From Escherichia coli phage NG_A1, in the sequence record LC788705.1: DNA of 64,000 bases; one strand, 5' to 3'. Shown one piece after another: positions 36,032 to 45,911 of the stretch. Position 1 is the first letter of the stretch, and each line of letters opens with the position of its first letter. The notes under the pieces are model-generated. The model was given only the letters and a program-made list of their open reading frames with translations, did no database searches and was not told the DNA's origin. A program made the position numbers and the translations under genes.

Positions 36032-36784
36032 ATGGGAAAAGCACGTCAAAAAAGAGAGAACCGTAATGGTTCAAGAAAGCGTGGCAACAAATATGAGAAT
36101 AACGTAATTCAGGCTGATTTTTCTAATGATTACGCTAACCCAGTTGCTAAATCCCTAGTAGGTAAAAACCGCGAGCAAAAATCATATATCAATATGATCA
36201 AGAACAACACAGTGACTGTGGGTATTGGTGAGCCGGGTACTGGTAAAACCTTTATCCCGTCTGTTCTTGCAGCTCAGGAACTCGTAGACATTCACTCAGA
36301 TATTGAGCAAGTGATTCTCGTACGTCCTAATGAACCTCTAGGTAAGTCTCTTGGTATGCTTCCTGGTGATCTAGCAGAAAAGCTAGAGCCTTGGTTGGAG
36401 CCAATAGCTGATGGTATGAAATGGGCCATCGGTGATCATGCCTATAAGGGATATGTCGAACGCCAGAAAATTAAATTTTTGGCTATAGAACATGCTCGTG
36501 GCAGAACTTTCAACAACTCCTATGTAATTGTCGATGAAGCTCAGAATATTTCCGTTGAGGCAATGGTTTGTCTCCTAACTCGTGTAGGACAAGACTGCCG
36601 TTTAATTATCTGCGGAGATATAGCTCAGAAAGACATTAAAGGTGACTCAGGTCTAGCACTTCTTATGGAAGTTTATGAGAAATATGAAAATGCTCCATTC
36701 TCAATGATCGAATTGATTGATAACGTTCGTTCTGCTGAGTCTAAAGCATTCTACGATATTTTTAAAGACATGGGGAAGGTGTAA
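36032..36784 (+). CDS. phoH: PhoH-like ATPase
   Basis: Walker A GEPGTGKTF, Walker B VIVDEAQN; TAGGAG RBS 8 nt upstream of ATG 36032. Confidence 0.85.
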   Translation: MGKARQKRENRNGSRKRGNKYENNVIQADFSNDYANPVAKSLVGKNREQKSYINMIKNNTVTVGIGEPGTGKTFIPSVLAAQELVDIHSDIEQVILVRPNEPLGKSLGMLPGDLAEKLEPWLEPIADGMKWAIGDHAYKGYVERQKIKFLAIEHARGRTFNNSYVIVDEAQNISVEAMVCLLTRVGQDCRLIICGDIAQKDIKGDSGLALLMEVYEKYENAPFSMIELIDNVRSAESKAFYDIFKDMGKV

Positions 36785-36785
36785 T

Positions 36786-37028
36786 ATGGGAAACGTCGTA
36801 CATCTACACCGTAAAACTAAAATACATCGTACTTCACTGAGTGCTGCTAATATGATTACACGTAAGGAAGGGGAAGAAAGTCCTAAGACTACCCTAGCGT
36901 GGAAAATTGTAACCTCAAATCCAAATCGGCCCTTCAATTATAACGAGCTGAGCACCTCCATAGATATTCTATTAAAAGAAGTAGCTAGAGCTAAAGTAAT
37001 TGAACAAGCTAAAAAGCTAGACTGGTAA
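36786..37028 (+). CDS. Hypothetical small protein
   Basis: About 80 aa from ATG directly after the phoH stop; followed by terminator. Confidence 0.45.
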   Translation: MGNVVHLHRKTKIHRTSLSAANMITRKEGEESPKTTLAWKIVTSNPNRPFNYNELSTSIDILLKEVARAKVIEQAKKLDW

Positions 37029-37033
37029 TATAC

Positions 37034-37070
37034 AGGGCCTGGGTATGAAAATACTCGGGCCTTTTCTATC
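37034..37070 (+). terminator. Rho-independent terminator
   Basis: About 11-bp stem (GGGCCTGGGTAT...ATACTCGGGCC) followed by TTTTCT. Confidence 0.7.
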
Positions 37071-37149
37071 AGAAAATTTTATTTGCCTAATGACCAATAA
37101 TAAAGTAGAATATTCCTTAAATCCTGATAACTATAAAAAGGAAAGCCAA

Positions 37150-39480
37150 ATGAGCCATCGCATTGAAAAAGTAATTAAACGTGACGGTACTGTAGAAGAC
37201 TTTGCTCCTGAAAAACTCAATGGTTGGGCGGAGTATGGTTGCAAAACAGTTGATGTAAGTTGGTCAGCCATTACTATGGCTGCCCAAAAAACTCTGCCTA
37301 AAGGGGTTGTAGATTCCGACACTCTGATGGATGCATTAATTAAAGCTGCTGAAAGTCTTATCAAAGATAATCCAGCATACGATGTGCCAGCAAAGGAGTT
37401 ACGTCTTGCGCAAATGCGTAAACGCCTTTATGATTCTTTCGAACCACCTTCTCTACGATTCTTCCATGACCATATGGTTAGCGTAGGTGCATGGGAAGAC
37501 ATGAGTGCATGGATTACCGATGAGCAATTTGAAGCTCTGAATCAGGTTATCGACCATGATCGTGATCGTCTTTTTACTAGTGGTGGGCTGAAGCAGTTCT
37601 TTGATAAGTATTCCCGTCGTAACATAGCCACTGGTGAAATTTATGAAACTCCGCAGTTTGCCTACATGGGTATGGCAATGGCGATGTTATCTCAACCTAA
37701 CTGGACAATTCTAGATGCAATCGACCTCTACAACGCAATGTCACTCCACAAAATCAACGTCCCTACGCCGCCACTGGTTGGTCTGCGCTCTAGTGACCGT
37801 GGATTCGCTAGTTGCTGCCTCGTGGATTCCACTGACACGTTGGATTCAATCGATACCGCCGAGCACATCGTCTTCAAAATGGTCGCAGCCAGAGCGGGAA
37901 TCGGGTATCATCTTGAAAGCCGATCAATTGCTGATCCGGTGCGAAATGGGGCATTCCCGCATTCCGGAAAACTGCCATATTATCGACACATTGACCGCTC
38001 AGTAAAGGCCAATACTCAGCAAACTCGTGGTGGTTCTGCTACAGTGTCTTATCCATACTTCGACCCTGAAATCATTCAATTGATGCAGGTTAAGCAACAA
38101 CGTGCTACAGATGAGAATAAAATCGATAAGATGGATTATTCTCTGAGCTTTAACAATCTTTTGTTAAAACGTTATCTTAAAAACGAAGATATTACGCTAA
38201 TGTCATACTTCTATGCTCCAGAAGTTCATGAAGCGTTTTATAGTGATGACGAGGCTAAATTTGAAGAAAACTACGTGGCAGCGGAGAAACGTGTGGCATC
38301 TCTTACAAAGATCGACCACGAAGGAAAAACAGTTCCAGCAGCTCCTAAAGTCTCTGCAAAAGAAATCCTAGATACTTGGCTACGTATCCGAATGGAAACA
38401 GGACGTATGTATGCGCATCACATCGGGGAATCTAATCGTCACGGTAATTTCCTTGATCCGATCCGTATGACAAACCTTTGTGTTGAGATTACTCAGCCTA
38501 CACGCCCGTTCCACCATATCACGGAACTGTATAAAACAAAAGAACAACTTGATCAAACGAAGCCGGAGGATATTGGTGAAGTATCTCTGTGTAACTTAGG
38601 TGGTGTTGTACTTGGACGCATGGAATCTCTGGCCGAGTGGGAAAAAACTTGCTACATCCTCCTGAAATTCGTTGATACAATTATTGAAATTCAGGATTAT
38701 CCGTTCCCAACTATGGAATATACGGCTAAGAAACGTCGTAATGTTGGTATTGGCCTGATGAACGCAGCGGGTGCAATGGCAGCAGAAGGTCTGGCTTACG
38801 AAGGTATTGAAGCCCGTAACTGGATTCATCGTGAGGCTGAAAAACTGTCTTACTTCCTGCATAAAGCCTCCGTACGCCTAGCTAAAGAACAGGGTGCATG
38901 TGAGTGGTTTGATCGTACTAAACCATCTAAAGGAATTCTGGTAATCGACACGTACAAGAAAACTGTTGATGAACTGGTATCCGTAGGTCTAGAAATGGAT
39001 TGGGAGTCTCTGCGTGCAGATATCCTGAAATACGGTATGCGTAACTCTGTTCTGACTGCTCAGATGCCTGGAGAAAGTTCTTCTGTTCTGTTAGGTGTTA
39101 CTAACTCTATCGAACCACCTCGTAAGATTGTATCTATCAAGGGTAGTGCAGTAAATAAAGTAATTGCAATTGCTCCAGGTGCAACCGATTGGGAAACGTT
39201 AATGAGCTATAAACTGGCTTATGATGTAGATCGTATCGAGTGGATCAAATGGGTAGCAACTATGCAGAAATTCTTCAGTCAGTCTATCAGTACGAATATG
39301 TATTATGACTACACCAAGTTTGAGAATGAAATCATTCCTGGCCCAGTAGTAGTTCGTGATTTCATGACTGCTGTTAAGTATGGGTGGAAAACTTGGTATT
39401 ATGCTAACTTCAATACCGCAAATGGTGGAGGTGCTGGAGAAGAAGCAGCCGGTTGTGCATCCGGTGGTTGTACTATTTAA
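37150..39480 (+). CDS. nrdA: Ribonucleotide reductase class Ia large subunit
   Basis: ATP-cone N-terminus (HRIEKVIKRDGTVEDF), active-site NLCVEI, C-terminal Cys pair; start at ATG 37150 with AAAGGAAAG RBS (the longer ORF start lies in the terminator hairpin). Confidence 0.9.
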   Translation: MSHRIEKVIKRDGTVEDFAPEKLNGWAEYGCKTVDVSWSAITMAAQKTLPKGVVDSDTLMDALIKAAESLIKDNPAYDVPAKELRLAQMRKRLYDSFEPPSLRFFHDHMVSVGAWEDMSAWITDEQFEALNQVIDHDRDRLFTSGGLKQFFDKYSRRNIATGEIYETPQFAYMGMAMAMLSQPNWTILDAIDLYNAMSLHKINVPTPPLVGLRSSDRGFASCCLVDSTDTLDSIDTAEHIVFKMVAARAGIGYHLESRSIADPVRNGAFPHSGKLPYYRHIDRSVKANTQQTRGGSATVSYPYFDPEIIQLMQVKQQRATDENKIDKMDYSLSFNNLLLKRYLKNEDITLMSYFYAPEVHEAFYSDDEAKFEENYVAAEKRVASLTKIDHEGKTVPAAPKVSAKEILDTWLRIRMETGRMYAHHIGESNRHGNFLDPIRMTNLCVEITQPTRPFHHITELYKTKEQLDQTKPEDIGEVSLCNLGGVVLGRMESLAEWEKTCYILLKFVDTIIEIQDYPFPTMEYTAKKRRNVGIGLMNAAGAMAAEGLAYEGIEARNWIHREAEKLSYFLHKASVRLAKEQGACEWFDRTKPSKGILVIDTYKKTVDELVSVGLEMDWESLRADILKYGMRNSVLTAQMPGESSSVLLGVTNSIEPPRKIVSIKGSAVNKVIAIAPGATDWETLMSYKLAYDVDRIEWIKWVATMQKFFSQSISTNMYYDYTKFENEIIPGPVVVRDFMTAVKYGWKTWYYANFNTANGGGAGEEAAGCASGGCTI

Positions 39481-39490
39481 TAAAAACAAG

Positions 39491-39515
39491 GAGATCTTCG
39501 GGTCTCCTTTTTCTT
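39491..39515 (+). terminator. Rho-independent terminator after nrdA
   Basis: GGAGATC-TTCG-GGTCTCC hairpin followed by TTTTTCTTT. Confidence 0.75.
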
Positions 39516-39526
39516 TGAAATTTTAC

Positions 39527-39555
39527 TTGCTAATCGCTACCAGATTTGCTATAAT
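39527..39555 (+). promoter_or_regulatory. Early promoter (nrdB-frd-thyA)
   Basis: TTGCTA-N17-TATAAT. Confidence 0.65.
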
Positions 39556-39586
39556 ATTCCTGAAATAGTGAGAAAGAGGAAAATCA

Positions 39587-40732
39587 ATGACTACTTTACT
39601 AAACCTGAATTGGGATCATACTAACGCTGACCTTTTCCTGGGAGATTCTCTCGGTATCGCAGATTATGTACGTGTAGCACATCCAGAACTAGAACGTCTG
39701 GCACTTCTGCAACGCTCTCAATTTTGGACTGAAACTGAAATCAGTCTGGAAGCAGATAAGAAACAATGGCCTAATCTCCCACGTGAAATTCAGGAAATTA
39801 CACTCCTGAACTTAGCATGGCAGACTCAAACAGATTCCTTTATCAGTCGTGCTCCTGAAGCAGCTATTATGCCGCTTGTAAGTCGTCCAGAATTGGAAGG
39901 TATGCTCAAACAGTGGAGCTATTTTGAAGACTTGCATAGTCGTGCTTATAGCAATATTATTCGTAATGTGCTGACTGATCCAGCAGAATTTATTGATTCT
40001 GTAACCAAAAACCAAGAAGCATTCGCACGCATCGCTGATTCTGTTGAACTATTCGATGAACTGTACCAGTTAGGTCAGTATTTCATCGCAGTACGCGATC
40101 ATCGTGGCGACAATACATATCCAGAAACTGAGTTCCCTGAAGTTAAACGTGAAACTCAGGCTAAACTATTAGACGCTTACTTTGCGATCTATGGTCTGGA
40201 AGCAATGCAGTTTTACGCATCCTTTGCATGTACCTTTGCATTAGCAGAGAACGATATTCTGCAAGGTATTGCTAAAAATCTGCAATTAATCGCTAAAGAT
40301 GAAGCTCTGCACACTCAGATGTCCAAAGCAATCATCCAGATTATGTTTCAGCAATTTGACAAAGATCTGGTAGATGAAGCAGTGGCTAAAGCACCAGCAC
40401 AGCTCCTGAAAACTCTGAAAACTGAAATTGAATGGGGTCATTTCATTTTCAAAGGTCGTAGTCTGATTGGCTTGAATGCAGAACTTCTAGAAGAATATCT
40501 GTACTTTGTGGGGCGCAATGCATTTATGCACATCGGTGTAGAATGGCCAAGTAATCTGCCGGTAATCACCAAAAACCCTATTCCGTGGATCATGAACTGG
40601 TTGGATACCACTTCTTTACAGCCTGCTCCACAAGAAATCCAGATTGGTGCAGCATATCGTGTAGGTCAGGTAACTGAGACCTCTACTGATACTCTGAAAG
40701 ATCTGGGTAATGAATTTGGAGATTTCTTATGA
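39587..40732 (+). CDS. nrdB: Ribonucleotide reductase class Ia small subunit
   Basis: 381 aa; di-iron ligand pattern (E..H pairs) of R2 proteins (EALHTQMSK); follows nrdA. Confidence 0.9.
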   Translation: MTTLLNLNWDHTNADLFLGDSLGIADYVRVAHPELERLALLQRSQFWTETEISLEADKKQWPNLPREIQEITLLNLAWQTQTDSFISRAPEAAIMPLVSRPELEGMLKQWSYFEDLHSRAYSNIIRNVLTDPAEFIDSVTKNQEAFARIADSVELFDELYQLGQYFIAVRDHRGDNTYPETEFPEVKRETQAKLLDAYFAIYGLEAMQFYASFACTFALAENDILQGIAKNLQLIAKDEALHTQMSKAIIQIMFQQFDKDLVDEAVAKAPAQLLKTLKTEIEWGHFIFKGRSLIGLNAELLEEYLYFVGRNAFMHIGVEWPSNLPVITKNPIPWIMNWLDTTSLQPAPQEIQIGAAYRVGQVTETSTDTLKDLGNEFGDFL

Positions 40733-41262
40733 TTACAGCAATGTATGCAGTTGGGCCGAATGGGGAGTTCGGCCTCCGCGGTAAACTTCCATGGGGTTCC
40801 TTCAAAGAAGAACTAGATGCTTTCTATTCTCAACTGGACGTGTTGAATCCAGATAACATCATCATTGGTGCGGGTACTTATTTAGCTCTTCCATATGCCG
40901 TTAGGGAACGTATGATTGGAGCTTCTGACCTATTTATTCGTGCTGATCGTCCATTGCCAGACGATATTACACATGATATTTACACTCCCATATCAATGAT
41001 AGGTGATACATTACCTACCTTTCTAAAAGATCAACAAACAGTAGTTCTAGGCGGAGCTAATCTTCTTCTAGAAATGTACCAACATGGGCATATAGAAAGT
41101 GCTTTTGTATCTACAATCTTTAGCGAACAGAAGCTAGAGGCAGATATACACCTAGATAGTATGATACTGGATTATAACTATGAATCCACCCGATTAGTCT
41201 ATGCAGTTGGCGCAAACAGTGATAACAGCCTGCGATTTGTACAGGAATTGGTTACTTATTAA
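40729..41262 (+). CDS. frd: Dihydrofolate reductase
   Basis: 177 aa; N-terminal DHFR-like pattern (MYAVGPNGEFGLRGKLPW); position between nrdB and thyA; ATGA overlap with nrdB. Confidence 0.6.
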   Translation: MITAMYAVGPNGEFGLRGKLPWGSFKEELDAFYSQLDVLNPDNIIIGAGTYLALPYAVRERMIGASDLFIRADRPLPDDITHDIYTPISMIGDTLPTFLKDQQTVVLGGANLLLEMYQHGHIESAFVSTIFSEQKLEADIHLDSMILDYNYESTRLVYAVGANSDNSLRFVQELVTY

Positions 41263-42101
41263 TGCAACAATACTTAAAAATTTTGACAGATGTAATTTTA
41301 CTAGGTGAACCCCGTAATGACCGTACAGGAACAGGCACAGTTTCAATTTTTGATTCCTATGCTAAGTTCGACCTACGTGAAGGGTTCCCGGCTGTAACTA
41401 CTAAACGCCTGGCCTGGAAATCAGTAGTAGGAGAACTTTTATGGTTCTTGTCTGGTTCCACAAATCTTCATGATCTACGTGTATTCACATTTGGTCGTGA
41501 CGAAGGACAGTGGACTATCTGGACTCCAAATTATGAAGACCAAGCTATAAGTATGGGTTATGATAAGGGTAATCTAGGACCAGTATATGGTAAACAGTGG
41601 CGCAACTTTGGTGGGCGAGATCAGATTCTAGAACTTATTGAAGGACTCAAGAATAATCCTCATGGCCGCAGACATCTAGTTTCTGCATGGAACGTAGCTG
41701 AACTTGATAAAATGGCATTACCACCCTGTCACTACGGCTTCCAGTGCTATGTAAGTAACGATGGATACTTAGATCTTAAATGGACACAACGCTCTGTGGA
41801 TTGTTTCCTCGGTTTACCTTTCAATATTGCTAGTTATGCTTTATTAACACATATATTAGCAAAACTGACAGGATTAAAACCTCGTTATCTTATCTTTAGT
41901 GGCGGTGATACTCATATCTATAATGACCACATGGAACAGGTAGAAGAACAGGTAAAACGCAAGCCACGCCCTCTGCCAACTCTAGTAATGCCAGAGTTTG
42001 TAGATCTCTACGATTTACTGGAGAATAATACTGTAGCTTGGTCATTCCATTTAGAGGGGTACGATCCTCACCCAGCTCTTAAAGCTAAGATGTCTTCTTA
42101 A
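41262..42101 (+). CDS. thyA: Thymidylate synthase
   Basis: Active-site PPCH..FQCYV, DCFLGLPFNIASYALL, GDTHIY motifs. Confidence 0.9.
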   Translation: MQQYLKILTDVILLGEPRNDRTGTGTVSIFDSYAKFDLREGFPAVTTKRLAWKSVVGELLWFLSGSTNLHDLRVFTFGRDEGQWTIWTPNYEDQAISMGYDKGNLGPVYGKQWRNFGGRDQILELIEGLKNNPHGRRHLVSAWNVAELDKMALPPCHYGFQCYVSNDGYLDLKWTQRSVDCFLGLPFNIASYALLTHILAKLTGLKPRYLIFSGGDTHIYNDHMEQVEEQVKRKPRPLPTLVMPEFVDLYDLLENNTVAWSFHLEGYDPHPALKAKMSS

Positions 42102-42103
42102 TT

Positions 42104-42128
42104 TAAATAGCCCTTCGGGGCTATTATA
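42104..42128 (+). terminator. Rho-independent terminator after thyA
   Basis: TAGCCC-TTCG-GGGCTA hairpin followed by T-rich tract. Confidence 0.7.
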
Positions 42129-42165
42129 TTTGAAATTGTACTTGCTTATTAAGTACAATTTCAAA
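42129..42165. repeat. Perfect 15-bp inverted repeat overlapping promoter -35
   Basis: TTTGAAATTGTACTT-GCTTATT-AAGTACAATTTCAAA; the TTGCTT -35 lies in the loop, TATAAT just downstream. Confidence 0.8.
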
Positions 42166-42171
42166 TATAAT
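42142..42171 (+). promoter_or_regulatory. Early promoter embedded in palindrome
   Basis: TTGCTT-N18-TATAAT. Confidence 0.55.
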
Positions 42172-42200
42172 ATACTCAATAAGTACAAAAGGATAATAAA

Positions 42201-42584
42201 ATGAGTAAAGAAATTGAATTAGAACAAGCCCTTCTGAATTACTCCAATTACTTGCAGGGTGATAAAGAAACTATTACTAAGGAACAGGTATTACTAATAC
42301 TAGACTCTATCACTTCTAAATTCAGGACTTTAGAAGACTACTACTCTGTAGGCAATGGAGATGAGAAGATAGAGTTATGTCTAAATCTCCTAGAAGATAT
42401 GGGCTGGAATGTGGAAGATCAAGTAGGATATTTAGGTATATCTACAGAAATTCTAGAAAATACAGAGCATGAAAATATACTTGAAGTAAAGAGCAGAAGT
42501 GCTATTCGGTATAATACTTATGGTACAGGTATTACAGGAATAAAAGCATTACTTAGTATAGATATAGGATGGTTAGATGAATAA
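42201..42584 (+). CDS. Hypothetical protein
   Basis: 127-aa ORF with RBS AAAGGA. Confidence 0.5.
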   Translation: MSKEIELEQALLNYSNYLQGDKETITKEQVLLILDSITSKFRTLEDYYSVGNGDEKIELCLNLLEDMGWNVEDQVGYLGISTEILENTEHENILEVKSRSAIRYNTYGTGITGIKALLSIDIGWLDE

Positions 42585-43125
42585 AAAGTTACCTAGCCAA
42601 GAAAGATTAAAAGAATTATTAATCTATGATCCAGATACCGGTATATTTACTAATAAGGTAAGTCGTGGTAGGGGAGGAAAAGCAGGTTCACCCGCTGGAT
42701 ACCTAAGAAAAGATGGCTATATAACTATTAAGATAGATAAAATAGATTATTTAGCACATAGACTAGCCTTTCTATACATGACAGGATCAATACCAGATTT
42801 AATAGACCACAAAAATAGGATTAGGTCAGATAATAGGTGGATAAACCTAAGAGAAGCTACAAGCCAGTCTAATAATAGAAACTGTACCGCATCGAGTAAA
42901 TCTGGATATCTAGGTGTACACTGGAACAAACAACTACAGAAATGGCAAGTACAGGTGATTGATAATAAGGGTAAAAATATTTATGGGGGTGTTTTTGACT
43001 ACTTAGACCTAGAAAGTGCGGTCATAAAGGCTAATGAACTGAGAAAAACACTTCATGGTAGCGAAGCAGTTATAGAAGATTTCTATACTAACTATTACCC
43101 ACCAGTAGAGGAACTTAATAAGTGA
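42577..43125 (+). CDS. HNH homing endonuclease with AP2-like domain
   Basis: HNH motif (DLIDHKNRIRSDNRWINLR...QSNNRN), YLGVHW segment; paralog of 18566-19087. Confidence 0.8.
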   Translation: MNKKLPSQERLKELLIYDPDTGIFTNKVSRGRGGKAGSPAGYLRKDGYITIKIDKIDYLAHRLAFLYMTGSIPDLIDHKNRIRSDNRWINLREATSQSNNRNCTASSKSGYLGVHWNKQLQKWQVQVIDNKGKNIYGGVFDYLDLESAVIKANELRKTLHGSEAVIEDFYTNYYPPVEELNK

Positions 43126-43598
43126 GCGTTTTCCACATTTACACAGATGGTGCTTGTAAGTCTAACCCAGGTCCAGGTGCTTGGGGATTTATTGTCTATG
43201 ATGATAACGATGATCGTTTAGGTTCTAAATCTGGATATAGTCCTAAAACTACAAATAATGAGATGGAACTCACGGCTATTGTAGAGGCTCTACGTTGGTC
43301 AGTTAAAAAAGATAATAGACCAATTGTTATCTATACTGATTCTGCTTATTGCAAAAATGGTATGGAAAGTTGGATGTTTTCTTGGCAAAGGAAAGGCTGG
43401 AAGAAAGCAGATGGTGAAGTTCCTCTTAATCTAGAACTTTGGCAGGAAGCATTTAAATTAACACAACAGTATATCAACTTTCATAATACTAATCCTACCT
43501 TTATTAAGGTTAAAGGACATTCTGGTATTAGTGGTAATGAAGCTGTAGACGCCTTATGTAACACAGTTATTACTGAAGCTGAAATGGCTGAGATGTGA
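43122..43598 (+). CDS. rnh: Ribonuclease H
   Basis: RNase HI motifs (IYTDGACKSNPGPGAWG, ELTAIVEAL, IYTDSAY, GHSG...NE.VD). Confidence 0.85.
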   Translation: MSVFHIYTDGACKSNPGPGAWGFIVYDDNDDRLGSKSGYSPKTTNNEMELTAIVEALRWSVKKDNRPIVIYTDSAYCKNGMESWMFSWQRKGWKKADGEVPLNLELWQEAFKLTQQYINFHNTNPTFIKVKGHSGISGNEAVDALCNTVITEAEMAEM

Positions 43599-43619
43599 TA
43601 AATAAATTAAAAAATTTTC

Positions 43620-43648
43620 TTGCTTAAAGCCCTCTAATTTAGTATAAT
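43620..43648 (+). promoter_or_regulatory. Early promoter
   Basis: TTGCTT-N17-TATAAT with AAAAAATTTT UP-like element. Confidence 0.65.
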
Positions 43649-43675
43649 ATTCGTATTGAAAGTGAGGAGGGCTTT

Positions 43676-43954
43676 ATGAGAATTTATAACTCAAATTCAT
43701 TAGGATTTAAACCGTTGAGAAAACGTGCACAATCACCTCGTCAAATAAGAAAGGCTAATATTGGTGAGCCAGAAACACGTCTTCCACCTCCTCCGGAACA
43801 GCGTTTAGTTTATCTGGATGAAGAATTAGCTGAACGCGAAAGAAAAGCTCAAGAAGAGATTGAGCGTAAGAAAATGTGTACTGCTCCAGCGTATAATAAA
43901 GGAGCATATCAATATGTTTCCGATGCAGAACAAGCCAAGATGGTTGGTAGATAA
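43676..43954 (+). CDS. Hypothetical protein
   Basis: 92-aa ORF with GAGGAGG RBS. Confidence 0.5.
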   Translation: MRIYNSNSLGFKPLRKRAQSPRQIRKANIGEPETRLPPPPEQRLVYLDEELAERERKAQEEIERKKMCTAPAYNKGAYQYVSDAEQAKMVGR

Positions 43955-43970
43955 TTTTTAAAAAATTCAT

Positions 43971-43999
43971 TTGCTAAACGCTTCAAATTCTCGTATAAT
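43971..43999 (+). promoter_or_regulatory. Early promoter
   Basis: TTGCTA-N17-TATAAT. Confidence 0.65.
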
Positions 44000-44037
44000 A
44001 TACTTCATAAATTGATAAACAAAAAGGAAAATAAATA

Positions 44038-44553
44038 ATGGCTAAGCAGAAAAACGCAAAAACTCAAGCAGCCCCGGCAGTTAAAACTTTCCCTCAGACT
44101 GAGGCTAACCGCAAAGCTCGTCTGGAACGCCACCTGCGCAAGCACCCTACTGATGCTCAAGCTGCACAGGCACTGAATCGTCCGGCTCCGATTCGTCAAA
44201 AGCCGAAGGCTAAGAATGCCACTCGTTCTGTAGCCCGCCTTGTGACCTATGTACAGGGTTATGGTCACAAATCTGTTCCAGTAGCACTGAGTTTCAATGC
44301 TGGAGCAGAATTGTTCCCTCGTAATGGCATGTCCATGAAAGATTACGAGAAAGCAGTTAACCAGAAACGCAAACCAACGGCAGATGTATTGCGTGATACT
44401 CGTGGACAGTTTGGTTCTGTTAAGCCAAATATCTTTGGCGTAGAGTATAGTAAAGATAATGTTCGTGCTCTGTGTTACGGTGTAGGTATTAAGTTCACGG
44501 GTGATTCTGCTCGTAAATCTGCTAAACCAGCTCATAAGCGTAAAGCGAAGTAA
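44038..44553 (+). CDS. Basic (Lys/Arg-rich) protein, possible nucleic-acid binding
   Basis: 171 aa, strongly basic, Ala-rich; AAAGGAAAA RBS. Confidence 0.5.
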   Translation: MAKQKNAKTQAAPAVKTFPQTEANRKARLERHLRKHPTDAQAAQALNRPAPIRQKPKAKNATRSVARLVTYVQGYGHKSVPVALSFNAGAELFPRNGMSMKDYEKAVNQKRKPTADVLRDTRGQFGSVKPNIFGVEYSKDNVRALCYGVGIKFTGDSARKSAKPAHKRKAK

Positions 44554-44559
44554 TAGATA

Positions 44560-44578
44560 AATAGGGGCGAGAGCCCCT
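44560..44578 (+). terminator. GNRA-tetraloop hairpin (terminator or processing/stability element)
   Basis: GGGGC-GAGA-GCCCC; a related GGGGGC-GAAA-GCTCC hairpin sits at 44846-44863. Confidence 0.5.
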
Positions 44579-44617
44579 ACAATCTACTGATTCTCTAACT
44601 AATCAAGGATATTTTTT

Positions 44618-44833
44618 ATGTTCTCTAAGAAACCACGTTCCGTTACTGAAATCGTTGCTTCCTTTACCACTATCACTGATGAGCTTCAAGCTCGTATTGA
44701 GGCTGATCAAAAAATTGCTGCGGATATTCAGAAACAGCAGGAAGAGCTCGCTTTAAAGTTGGCTGAAACCAACAAGAGTGAAAAATCTGCCCAAACTATT
44801 ATGGAAAATATCCTTAAACTGCTGGGCAAGTAA
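44618..44833 (+). CDS. Hypothetical small protein
   Basis: 71-aa ORF. Confidence 0.45.
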   Translation: MFSKKPRSVTEIVASFTTITDELQARIEADQKIAADIQKQQEELALKLAETNKSEKSAQTIMENILKLLGK

Positions 44834-44874
44834 TTTAAATTAGGGGGCGAAAGCTCCTCTTATTTGGAGAAACT

Positions 44875-45111
44875 ATGCGTAATTTTGTAGCAAAGAATGA
44901 TTTTAACCGTGCTAGCACCCATAAGTCAGTTAGGGATTATACACGACTTTCTAGTCATGAGGTAATGGATACCTGTTATGAAGAGCTGGAAGGTAGCTGG
45001 GATGAATGGCCCGACTTCTCTATGGAAGAGAACTGGGATGTCAGTGAGGATATGCTTCCTGGTTTTAAAGACCCCAAGAAGTGGGAGTCTATTAAAGAGC
45101 TGTCTCTTTAA
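44875..45111 (+). CDS. Hypothetical acidic small protein
   Basis: 78-aa ORF. Confidence 0.45.
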   Translation: MRNFVAKNDFNRASTHKSVRDYTRLSSHEVMDTCYEELEGSWDEWPDFSMEENWDVSEDMLPGFKDPKKWESIKELSL

Positions 45112-45139
45112 TAGTTTTCTACACAATAAAGGATAAGTT

Positions 45140-45841
45140 ATGAAAGTAAAACCATTTGGTATGCTAGATATTGAATCTCTGGGAACTCCAGGAGATTGTG
45201 GTACTACTCATATCGCAATGCCTTCTTTCGCTTTTGTGGCTATGCATGGAATTGATAAAGACCCTGATCTAATATTTGTTACTTTGGATGTACAAGATCA
45301 GCTTAATTCTGGTGCCAAAGTTACAGCATCTACTCTAGCATTCTGGATGGATCAAGCTAAAAATAGCCCGTCTGCTATCCACATTATGGAAGCTATGAAG
45401 GAACGTAATCCAAAACTGATTGCCTTCCAAAATGGTAAACATCATTGCACTAATAAATTAGGCTCAAACTATGCTGCCTTCTCTATGGCTCAAAATATTA
45501 TGGAGTTGGCTCTAGGCGAAAATGCTTTGTATTACGGCAATGGCCCAGAGTTTGATATGACTATCTACTCTGCAAACACGTTCCATGCTGGAACCAATGA
45601 AGAGGTAGTTCCGTGGAAATTCTGGAATTTAGGCAATGTTCGATCTCTTCGTAATCTCTGGATGCAAGCTGGTTATAGTTACAAAGATCTAGAGGCTGAA
45701 GGTATTAGCTGGGCAATAGCTAAAATGGAGAAGATGGACACTATTCGTTATGGGATCTATCCGGCTAAGCACGACCCAGCATTTGATGCCTTAGTTGAGA
45801 GCTATTGTGTTGCAGCTATGATCGAAAAAATGAAAATTTGA
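45140..45841 (+). CDS. Hypothetical protein, possible DEDD-type 3'-5' exonuclease
   Basis: 233 aa; N-terminal LDIESLG (Exo I-like D.E) and C-terminal H..FDA pattern; weak assignment. Confidence 0.4.
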   Translation: MKVKPFGMLDIESLGTPGDCGTTHIAMPSFAFVAMHGIDKDPDLIFVTLDVQDQLNSGAKVTASTLAFWMDQAKNSPSAIHIMEAMKERNPKLIAFQNGKHHCTNKLGSNYAAFSMAQNIMELALGENALYYGNGPEFDMTIYSANTFHAGTNEEVVPWKFWNLGNVRSLRNLWMQAGYSYKDLEAEGISWAIAKMEKMDTIRYGIYPAKHDPAFDALVESYCVAAMIEKMKI

Positions 45842-45842
45842 T

Positions 45843-45871
45843 TTGCTTCCGGCTCCAAAATTCTGTATAAT
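45843..45871 (+). promoter_or_regulatory. Early promoter
   Basis: TTGCTT-N17-TATAAT. Confidence 0.65.
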
Positions 45872-45911
45872 ATATTCATAAATTTGAGAAAACAATAAAA
45901 GGAAAACAAAT

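Noticed and set aside
37045-37149. Extended N-terminus of nrdA from the ATG at 37045
   Set aside because: That ATG lies inside the loop of the upstream terminator hairpin; the ATP-cone domain starts at the ATG at 37150, which has a proper RBS.
44005-44535. 176-aa minus-strand ORF opposite the basic-protein gene
   Set aside because: Antisense to a plus-strand gene that has promoter, RBS and terminator; this region has no minus-strand promoters.
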